From the human T2T-CHM13v2.0 reference genome, Homo sapiens: a DNA stretch of 64,000 nt. Below the pieces are notes generated by a model. It ran no database searches. It was not told the DNA's origin and saw nothing but the letters and a program-made list of their open reading frames with translations. This document shows, piece after piece, positions 1 through 28,297 of the stretch (its first letter is position 1; every line of letters begins with the position of its first letter). The position numbers were made by a program, and so were the translations under genes. Location of the stretch: the NCBI RefSeq assembly GCF_009914755.1, contig NC_060929.1; one strand, given 5' to 3'.

Positions 1-2528
1 AAGTTTGGTTTTGGAAGCCTGTTAAATATGTTTAAAATTTAAACCATTTGATATCATGAAATGGAATTTTAGATTATTATTTTTGTTCATTTGTGTGTTT
101 GTTTTGTTTCGTTTTGCCAAAATGATGAGTTAAAAATTTGGAAAAGCAAAAACCATTTATTAGCCTTTTTTATTACATGAAAATTCTGTTTAAGAGAGAA
201 AGTTACATTTTACCCTTTCATTAGTTTATTAATGTTAACCCTAATTTTAATGAAACCTTATAGACAATTCTATTTAATCTTAACCAGTTTGACTATGAAG
301 TGAGATTTTTACATACCTGTTATAATCCTTGACACATTTTGCTAAAGAGTAGATTAGCATTTTAAGAAAACCTTGTGGTGCTTTTATTTTAGTGTTTAAT
401 TTACAGAAAAAAAAGTTATACCCTTTTGAGTTTAGTTAATATACTTACACACAGAGTTTTCTTTGCAGAATTAATTTTTATAATGTTTTTACAATTTGCT
501 TAATCCATTAATTTAATTTTAAGATAACTTATTTTTAAGCAAAATGTACATTTTTGTACCTTCTTTTAATTTTTGACTGAAACACTTTTTACTGTTTTTA
601 TGCACCTTGCATGTAAATTCATGTTTAGTAGTTTTCACTACATGTCATAATGGTAACTTTTAGCAATTTTTAACTTTAATGTAAAACCTGTTAAGTTTTT
701 TAAATTATGTGCCAGATGCAGATGAAGTCTGACTTTTTCCAGCATAGTTAGGGGCATGGTTACTTTGATATGTTTCTGGCCTTATCAATTGTGAAGCAGG
801 TAAGTTGACAGTTTTTAAAGGATAAAGAAGCAGTTTACAACCTTAAAACAGCAAACCTAGTATCTGACCTGCCTAACATATGCCGCATTTTTACACCTTG
901 AAGACATTGGTATTTTACCAATAATTCCTAAGACTGTTTTTATTTTTAAATATTAAAGTTACGTGAACTGAAAGGTATCACAACTTTTACTTTTCCCTTA
1001 AAAATATTTGATTTAAGCACTTATTTTTCTTAGGCAATTAATTAGCCCTCTTTTTAATAGACATGGCACACATAACACGTGCATAGCCACACAGACAACC
1101 AGAAGAAGAACCAGTCGTTGTAAGATTTTTCATTTTTTGCTAATTTCCCTGTTGGATTATTGGCCTTCAGGTGAGGCCCTTTAAGAACAGTGCTAGGAAT
1201 ACCGTTTCCAGGGCCTAATAAACAAGCAGAGCCAGAAGACAAAGACAGACTTTGAGAGGTACTTATTCACCTCTACTTCCAGGGGTTCCATGAGGAAAAC
1301 AGAGATTTTTCCCAAAATGGGATTTGTGGTGCCTTTTCTGTTTTCCCAAGGAGTCCCAGGCCACCAGAAGTTATTTTGGGGTCTTTTACATATGCACCAA
1401 GAGTGGTAAGACAGAGTGGAGAGAAGTAATTTAGGTGACCGAGAAAAACACCTTTTCTAGGAAAACAAGATTTATGAAGAGAAAAACATAAAGGCCTTTT
1501 GAGTATACTTATAGCTTGGATATTTAATTTTAATTAAGCTGAGCGTTCTTTCTACTAGGGGTGAGGGTGGAGGTTAGAATTATAGAAATGTTATGCCAAG
1601 TTAAATTACGTGCAGGAATTCCCTGTGATAATGAGAGGGATTTTTTGGGAAACATCCCAGACACTGTTCGATTTGCAACAAATCAGACCCGGAGAAGGGG
1701 ACGTGAACATGAGTGATTCCTTCAAGCCCAGCCACTGCTGGGAGAGGGAGGATGGCGGAGGAGGTTTCACTGGTTGGAGCAGGTTTTGAACCGGTGGAGA
1801 AGGAGGAGGGCGGGGCTTAAGGGAGAAGAAAGCCTGAATATAGGGAACCTTTTGCCAGTTACCGTCTCTGGTGATAAAGGCGTCAAGGTTCCTGAGAACC
1901 TGAAGGGTAAAGGTGCTGCTTTGGGCCGCTGGCTGTCATTATCTAGTTTGTACTGGGGCCAGGACGTTTGCAAGATAACATTAAACGCTTTGGCTTTAGA
2001 CTCCCGACTAAGCCAAGTTTGACGAGGCTGTGAAGACGACAGTTCAGTGGGGAGGACGCAGGAATGTGGGGGTGCTGGGCACCCGCGAGGGCTGGTAAGA
2101 GGAAGCCAGGGGTGTCTGTCTGGTTCTGGGCCTTCCCAGACAAAAGCCAGAGACCCGGAGCCTCTTTCTGAGAAGGAACCGGGCGTCCCCAAGATTTCCT
2201 CTAGCCGAGTCCCCTGGGTCCCCCGAGGACCGGGACAGCTCTGGTACCCGGAGAAAGCCAGGAGAAGGCAGATTTTACACCTCAGCTGAATTAGTGTCCA
2301 GCATTGGGTGTTGCAGTTGGAATCGGCAAAGGGCCTCAGACTGGAGCTGCGGGAGGAAGAGAGGGAGACGAAGAGGGAGAGAAGAGGAGGGAAGAGAGCA
2401 ATGGTCGGAGAGCAAAATACCAGTTGTGAGCGGTTGGAGGGGGAGTCCAAGACCTGAGGGTTTTGAGAGCCCACAGGGGAGGAGCCCCGGCCAGAGTCTC
2501 ACAGTTCCCTTCAATGCGAATTGCTCGG
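1..2528 (-). mobile_element. Degenerate ERV1-class internal region (gag remnant plus AT-rich segment, MER4/HERV-H-F-like); resumes briefly at ~7962-8010
   Basis: Minus-strand translations give frameshifted gag motifs: SWPQYKLDNDSQ (MA, ~1930-1970) and PLPAVAGLEGITHVHVPFSGSDLLQIEQCLGCFPKNP (CA N-terminus, ~1645-1750), similar to class I ERV gag. Subfamily not determined. Confidence 0.75.
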
Positions 2529-2643
2529 AAAGTGAAGGGAGAGGCTGGGAGAGCCGGGCCCGGCGGCGGGCAGGCCTAAGGCGGCGCGGGACACCCACTA
2601 GTCGCACCTTTTCCCGGCTCTCGCCTCTGCAGAGGGAGCAACT

Positions 2644-2982
2644 ATGGCTGCGGAAGTCCTGGAGGCAGCCTCCGCGGAGGAGCAGAAGGAAAAGGAAGAT
2701 AAAGTGACTAGTCCAGAGAAAGCTGAAGAAGCAAAATTAAAAGCAAGGTATCCTCATCTGGGACAAAAGCCTGGAGGTTCAGATTTCTTAAGGAAACGAT
2801 TGCAGAAAGGGCAAAAATATTTTGATTCTGGGCATTACAACAGGGCTAAAGCAAAAACGAAGAGCAAGCAACTTCCTACTGCAGCTCCAGATAAGACGGA
2901 GGTCACTGGTGACCACATTCCTACTCCACAGGACCTTCCTCAACGGAAACCATCCCTTGTTGCTAACAAGCTGGCTGGCTGA
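2644..2982 (+). CDS. Intact 112-aa ARPP19-like ORF within the retrocopy (translation unproven)
   Basis: [11 protein letters not shown]...KYFDSGHYN...[12 protein letters not shown] has the same length as ARPP19, with no stop or frameshift; start context actATGG. Confidence 0.5.
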   Translation: MAAEVLEAASAEEQKEKEDKVTSPEKAEEAKLKARYPHLGQKPGGSDFLRKRLQKGQKYFDSGHYNRAKAKTKSKQLPTAAPDKTEVTGDHIPTPQDLPQRKPSLVANKLAG

Positions 2983-4264
2983 TTAAAAGAGCTGAACTGC
3001 ATGAAGCTGCTAATTCCCATTATTTCTCTTTAATATGTTACTTACCTTTTTATTTCCTTTCATTCACTAAGTCATTTGAGACCGACAGCTTTGCAGGTAT
3101 CAGTAATGTGTGCTGCTATTGTGGAATATACAGGTGTAGAGTTTTTGATTAGTTTAACAGTGCACTGGGGAAGAGGACATGTCAGAGCAACACAAGTAAA
3201 CTACTTGAAAATAACTGTATGTATTACCTAACTCCTAGTGTAGTACTGGTTCTAACAAGTAACAAGCAAGTTTTAAAATTTTAATGTTTTGACTTTCATT
3301 ACTTCATCTTAATTACAGCTTTGTATGTTACTCTTATTTAATATAATCTCTATTGTATTGATTTCTTCTGTATAAACCTTTTGGATTTTGTAAAACAGAG
3401 GTTTAAGACCACAAGTTAGAAGAAAGGTCACCTATTTCAAACAACTAGATGGGGCTCCACAAGATTTGTATCTCTGTGCTTGAACTTGAATGGCCTTAAA
3501 CCTGTTTCAGCTTTAACAGTAGAATTTTACTTGGGCAATATTTGCCCATTCTGGTGTAACTTATGTGACCCTAGTGCTTAACAGCTGCCGTCGAAGCTAA
3601 TATTCTTATTCAGTTCTGTAGAGTCAGAATACCTTTTGTTGTTGAAGATGTGCAATGACTGTTGAATTCACTTTTGTGCCATTTTTGTAAATACAATAAT
3701 TTTGCACAACCTCTCACAAATGCCTATATTTATTTCACATACTTAAAAAGTAGATAATGTGCCAAGCAGAAGCACAAGAGGTCCTACACAAAACTCTGTA
3801 AGTCATTATAGCTTTTGTATAATAAGAGTAGTTTACAATCTCGGGCTTATAGAATACCAAACTGAAATCTTAGTTCAATCTGTCATAGACTTAAGCTTTT
3901 CATTTGTTACTAATATCCATGGCATTCAGTGGCCTTGTGCAAATACGATATGTTGCTTAGGAATATCTTTTGTCCTATGCAGAACCTTTCATTTTGATTT
4001 TTATGAAAGTTGCAATTCATATAATTTATATAAACTTTTTAAATGTAGAAACTTTTTACTTCCACACTCAACTTTGGAGACACTAGAGTAAAAGGCTTCA
4101 ATACTCTGCATTCTATGCCCCCTGCCACCTGCTTTTTCCCTTTTGTTCTTCGACTCAAATGGTATTGGGTTGTTTGTTCTATACGAAAGCATAGGTGTCT
4201 ATATCCTTACTCTTTTAAATAACACAATAATGATGTTTTCCTTCTAATTTCTCAGTTGTTAATC

Positions 4265-4370
4265 TCTCTCTCTCTCTCTTTTTTTCTTGAGATAGGGTCT
4301 TTCTCTGTCACCTAAGCTCTAGGGCAGTAGTGCAATCATAGCTCACTGCAACCTTACTCCTAGGCTCAAG
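4265..4370 (-). mobile_element. Old Alu monomer fragment in the retrocopied 3'UTR
   Basis: Poly-T followed by gagatagggtct...ctctgtcacc...gctcactgcaacc...ggctcaagc. Confidence 0.7.
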
Positions 4371-6165
4371 CTAACTATTCTTAATCCTTTATTATTACCA
4401 ATATTCTACAATTGTTTAAATAAAAGGAACTTTATAATCAAACAGTACAGAATACTGGCTCAAGAACCTATGTCAAGATGAGCTGAATTTTGGTACATTA
4501 TTTTAGGAATTATGACAAGCTAATAGAATTGGGCTTGTGACAATGAGAGTAATTCACATGACAGGTAAAACTTACTCATATTAAAAATGTTTAGATATTT
4601 GCTTCTATAGATGTCACTTTAATAAAATAACAATTTAGTTTTACTTGTGGCTTACCTAGTTAGCAAGAACTTTAACAGACTTTATTGGGACAAGCTTACT
4701 GCTCTTGTAGGAGCTCCTCTCACAAGTAGTTGTAATGCTGTACCATGATACTCAGGATCAGTAACTTCAGATGTTACTATCTTTCTCTTCATCTTTGACT
4801 TGCAGAGAGCCTCCTCTTTTTGGATCCAGGCATCTTTTCTGAATCCTGGTTCCATTAGTATACCTGCTCTCCTATGATCCCAAATCATAGTCAATGGTGC
4901 CTCCAACATAGCACCTTCAGTTAAAGGCTGCCTAGTGCTCTGAGGAAAGCTTACTGATTATCTTCCTGCTCTACTCACCCCGAAAGGCAGAAAAGCAACA
5001 TAGTCACTCCTGTGCTCATTTGTAATTGTAAAGATCAGAGATATAGATATTTGTAATGAGAGCAAGTATATACTCATTATAGGATCAATTTAAGAAGTTT
5101 AAAATATCCCAAAGTAGAATTTCTATATCTAGTCTTCTGGGTTTTTTTCACGAATATTTGCAAGTGATTACGCTTAACTTCACACATGAAAGATTAATCT
5201 GAAAGGTCAGAGAGACCCTGTTATTCCTGACCACGATAGAACTGCTCCTGTGGTTTGGGACAAGTAACAAAACAACTGCTTGAGTTTTGTTTGTAAAATA
5301 CACTATTAATATTTGACCTACCTCAAAACGTATTGAGGATCTGTGAAACACTAAGTGCCCAAAATAAAATATTGCTGATTGTCTTTTTATTAAAAGTAAA
5401 TTTCCTCATTAAGCCAACCGGCCTTCTGTAAGTCACAGTGCTCAAGTCTCAGGGTTTGTCATTAGGAGAGGTCTGTCGTTAAGGATTTGTAGGTGTAATT
5501 GCCTAGCCTCCATTATTGGTGATTGCGATAGAGAGGTTTTACATTTTTCTGTTTTTCATCCTGCCCCAAAGCTCAGTTTATTGAAGACATTTGTAAGCTA
5601 TTGGATCATCACTTGAATCAAGATTTTGACTAGTGAGCCCAATTGTCCCTTTCTTATTATTTCAAAGCTATAGTCTGAGAAATGGCTAATTTTAATAACT
5701 GTCCTATCATAAATTAATGTTGGAATAAACTGAAGTTGGAGATGAAGACTTCATGAAAACTAACTAAAGTCTGAAATAAATCACCTGTTTTATGTCCAAT
5801 AGCTACTGCCTTTGATAGAACAGTTTTGAGGAACATTTCATTCTTGAAGGCAGCATCCGACATGGTTCTCAGCAAATTGGAATAGTAAGGATTGTTGGGT
5901 TGTTTCGATGAGTGGAAGCAGCGTTTGTAGCATAAAAGTTATTCAATAATCTTGTGCTGTTGACCTGAAAATGTGTCTTAACTATTCATCAAGGCAAGCC
6001 TGGTGAAGCCTTTACTTGTTACTACTTCAACAGTTGGAATTAGTTGCTCTTTTTACTTGATGAAGCAAAACTATACCTCTGAATATTTATGGATGCTTTT
6101 TACAAAATCAGGCTTGTGTTCTTAATCCGAATTAGTAAAGTTTTATGGAAGCTGAAATGTAATAC

Positions 6166-6829
<664 letters not shown>

Positions 6830-6856
6830 GCTGCTGTGCTCTAAAATTGGTGTTTG

Positions 6857-6980
6857 GGTGATCAGGAGTGGGTAGCCAATGGGAAGAGGTGATCAGGAGC
6901 AGGTAGCCAATGGGAAGAGGTGATCAGGAGCGGGTAGCCAATGGGAAGAGGTGATCAGGAGCGGGTAGCCAATGGGAAGA
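6857..6980 (+). repeat. Minisatellite, 4 x 31 bp (ggtgatcaggagcgggtagccaatgggaaga)
   Basis: Units start at 6857, 6888, 6919 and 6950 and differ at 1-2 positions; each contains agCCAATgg. Confidence 0.95.
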
Positions 6981-8679
6981 GCACTTCTGAGTGATCACCA
7001 AAGCAGTTTCTTTAGTGGTCTTTTCACATTCTCCAATGTTCAAGCATATTTTCCACTTTCCATTTTCTATTTCACCTCATTTTGCCTCATCATCTGCCAT
7101 CCCTGCTTATTTCTTAAGCCTACTGATGGCACTCACTAAATTGTGTTTAGGGCTAATGAATCATTGTTCCTTAATATCCTTTTCAATATGCCACAATTTA
7201 GAATGCATTTAAAATTTTCTAAAACAATATCCTACTCTGAATATTAACTAATTTGAGCCACATTCCCATCTCTAACTCAGCACAAAGTGCCAGTCTTCCC
7301 CAATATCTCCTCTCAACTCCCCACCGCACCTTATAAAATTGGAATCAGAAATCTCACTCTGTCATTGCTCATCTTAGAATAAAAACACTGATTTTAATAC
7401 TGTTTTACTAGTTTCAGCCTTCTAAGTACGTAGGCCTCTAGGTATTCTGCAGATCACTGGTGGTCTTGATAGCCATTCATATATGTTCGTATTATGTTAT
7501 TTTTCAACTAAATCGCAATTGGAAAAAAACATCTTTAATATTATGCCCTTGGATCTGTTACTTCATTACTAATACTTGTGATGCAATAGGACACTTCACC
7601 TGTACTAAAAGGGCCAAGAGTAAATGTCTTGTTTTGTTGTTGTTGTTAAACATGTCTACAGAGTTGGCAGTTAATGCTGAATTTGTCAAATAGCTCTTCC
7701 AAAATTATACTTGTATTTAAAAAATAAATGGATCTACCTAATTTCTATTCATCTAATTTGCAGTTTTGTCTTATTAAAGTGGTATGTTTTTCAATGTATT
7801 TTTTTCTGAAGTTGATCTCTTTACATTTCAGCTATTACTGTAGGCAGAAAGAAATTGACTTGTAATCTTTGATTTTTTTGCATTTGTAATGGCTTTGTAC
7901 TTAAGGTAGGATTACATGTTTACAGATTGTGGGGGAAAAAAAAAGAAAAGTGAAGGGAGAGAAAAGACAAGGCGAGTGGCCAGAGACCCTCAGGATCCAA
8001 GAGTTAACTCTGATTAACTCAGATGCTTTGTTCAGCCAATTTCAGACTTCTTTTTTCCTAATACAAGCACTTAAGGATAAGCCTTTCTGTAAGAACTGCC
8101 TTACATGCATCATAGTATTTTAAATGTAGTGTTTTCATTCTTCTTCTAGTCTAATTACCTTCAACTTCTATTATTAGTTCTCTTAGACCCATTAGTTATT
8201 TAAAATTGTGTTATTAACAATTTCTAAGTTCATGGGGTTTCCTCTTTTTAAATTGCTCTTTACCTTCGTTGTCCTTCGTGGTGCTCTCCGTGGAAACCTG
8301 CTTTCTGATCTAGTAAGTGCTTATTCTTTGTGCATGTCCCTAGACTTGAAATCACTGCATAATCCCTAACTGTGTGTGTCCTGGCTTAGTGCATCTAATG
8401 AATGACTGAATGAATGCATCTTTGCCTTTGCCTTACCCCCGGGCCTGAAACATCGTCTTGGTCCCCTTCTCAATACCTTGGATCCTTGGAGATCAAGGTC
8501 CTGGTTGTTCTGGCAAGTTCAACACAATCTGGCCTCATGATCAGAGTCCTGTCCCTGAACTCAAGACAAGGGAGGGATGGGCAGAATTACCTCATGCTGT
8601 GCCAGGAAATATGAGTCTCATGGGGCATGGCCTGTGTGCCTGGGCAAATTCACTGCCTCACTACCCTGTGCTGAGATGA

Positions 8680-8991
<312 letters not shown>

Positions 8992-9099
8992 AATCTCTCT
9001 TTCAGGGACAGATGTTCACTCTCTCTTGCAGCTCTGCCTGCCAGACTAAGCCTGAAAATATCTCTGCATCTGGCATTCCTTTACCACCTATGTGGGGCA

Positions 9100-9240
9100 C
9101 AACCCAGAACAAAGTCCCTCCAAGTGTACCCTACTCTCTTTCCATTATCATTTCTCTGGTCTGAGATAGATGTTTATGACCTGCCAATAAATGCAGTGAC
9201 TCAAACTCCAGTGCCCATACTCCTCATTCATACAGCCATG
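9100..9240 (+). promoter_or_regulatory. Putative BTNL3 proximal promoter
   Basis: HNF4-like caaagtcc 9110-9117, GATA 9145-9150 and 9164-9169, CDX tttatgac 9173-9180, ccaataaa 9184-9191, AP-1 tgactca 9197-9203, all 200-300 bp upstream of the ATG. TSS not visible from sequence. Confidence 0.5.
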
Positions 9241-9399
9241 TTTAGGGAGGCTCTAGGGAGAAATGCACAGTTTGACATCGTTCATGAAGAGCCTCTCCAC
9301 GGCTCCTGCGCCTGAGACAGCTGGCCTGACCTCCAAATCATCCATCCACCCCTGCTGTCATCTGTTTTCATAGTGTGAGATCAACCCACAGGAATATCC

Positions 9400-26256
<16,857 letters not shown>

Positions 26257-26849
26257 GACAGAGAAGACCCTGCTTAAAGGGCCCCACACCACAGACCCAG
26301 ACACAGCCAAGGGAGAGTGCTCCCGACAGGTGGCCCCAGCTTCCTCTCCGGAGCCTGCGCACAGAGAGTCACGCCCCCCACTCTCCTTTAGGGAGCTGAG
26401 GTTCTTCTGCCCTGAGCCCTGCAGCAGCGGCAGTCACAGCTTCCAGATGAGGGGGGATTGGCCTGACCCTGTGGGAGTCAGAAGCCATGGCTGCCCTGAA
26501 GTGGGGACGGAATAGACTCACATTAGGTTTAGTTTGTGAAAACTCCATCCAGCTAAGCGATCTTGAACAAGTCACAACCTCCCAGGCTCCTCATTTGCTA
26601 GTCACGGACAGTGATTCCTGCCTCACAGGTGAAGATTAAAGAGACAACGAATGTGAATCATGCTTGCAGGTTTGAGGGCACAGTGTTTGCTAATGATGTG
26701 TTTTTATATTATACATTTTCCCACCATAAACTCTGTTTGCTTATTCCACATTAATTTACTTTTCTCTATACCAAATCACCCATGGAATAGTTATTGAACA
26801 CCTGCTTTGTGAGGCTCAAAGAATAAAGAGGAGGTAGGATTTTTCACTG

Positions 26850-27664
26850 ATTCTATAAGCCCAGCATTACCTGATACCAAAACCAGGCAAAGAAAACAGA
26901 AGAAGAGGAAGGAAAACTACAGGTCCATATCCCTCATTAACACAGACACAAAAATTCTAAATAAAATTTTAACAAATTAAACTAAACAATATATTTAAAG
27001 ATGATATATAACTACTCAGTGTGGTTTGTCCCACAAATGCAGAGTTGGTTTAATATTTAAATATCAACCAGTGTAATTCAGCACATTAATAAAGTAAAAA
27101 AGAAAACCATATGATCATTTCAACGATGCAGAAAAAAAGTTTCATAAAGCCACCATCATTACTGATAAAACCTGTCAACAAGGAAGATACATAGATGAAA
27201 AATAAGCACAGGAAGAGATACTTAATGTCATTAAACACTAAGAAAATGCAAACTAAAACCACAGCAAGATACCATTACCATCTATTAAAGTGGCTAAAAT
27301 TACAAAGACTGACAATAGCAAGTGTTGGTGAGGATGTGGAGGGAAGGAATTCTCATACACTGCTCATGGGACTGTCAAATAATATGGTCACTTTGGAAAA
27401 CAGTTCAGTAGTTCCTTTAAAAGTTCAACAGTCACTAACCATATGATCCAGCATGGCCTTCTAATTATTTTTCCAAGAGAAAAGGAAATCTGTGAATGTT
27501 CATAGCAGCTTTATTTGTAATAGCCAAAATTTGAAAACAACACAAAGCTCACCAATTGATAACAAATTATGATATATCCATGCAAATAAAGTGCTACTCG
27601 GAAATAAAAAAGAATATTGTTATACACACAAAATCATTAAATCTCACAGAAATTATTACAAGTA
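26850..27664 (+). mobile_element. Old L1 (L1M/ME) fragments; 3' part continues at 38406-38660
   Basis: ORF2-like and 3'UTR-like L1M motifs; the sequence is colinear across the U6/L1 insertion. Confidence 0.7.
27088..27093 (+). terminator. Probable BTNL3 polyadenylation signal
   Basis: AATAAA ~830 nt after the stop, inside an old L1 ORF2 remnant. Other AATAAA occur at 26822 and 26960. Confidence 0.55.
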
Positions 27665-27767
27665 GTGCTTGCTTTGGCAGCACGTTTAGTAAAATTGGAA
27701 TGATACAGAGATTAGCGTGGCCCCTGCACAAGGAGGACATGCAAATTCATGAAGTGTTCCATATTTT
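27665..27767 (+). pseudogene. U6 snRNA retropseudogene (full length)
   Basis: gtgcttgctttggcagcac...aaaattggaatgatacagagattagc...gcaaattcatgaagtgttccatatttt matches U6 with several substitutions; no PSE/TATA promoter evident upstream. Confidence 0.95.
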
Positions 27768-27801
27768 AAATTTAATTTTATGATAAAGAAAAACATTGGA
27801 G

Positions 27802-28297
<496 letters not shown>

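Noticed and set aside
1767-2474. 235-aa minus-strand ORF as a functional gag or new gene
   Set aside because: Only a short stretch is in the gag frame; the remaining gag motifs are in other frames and end in stops.
6857-6980. 31-bp repeats (and the 41-bp repeats at 53099-53303) as a CRISPR-like array
   Set aside because: Head-to-tail units with no unique spacers, no cas genes, and a human context.
27665-27767. Functional U6 gene
   Set aside because: Multiple substitutions and a small deletion after ACAGAGA, no upstream PSE/TATA, and TSD-flanked.
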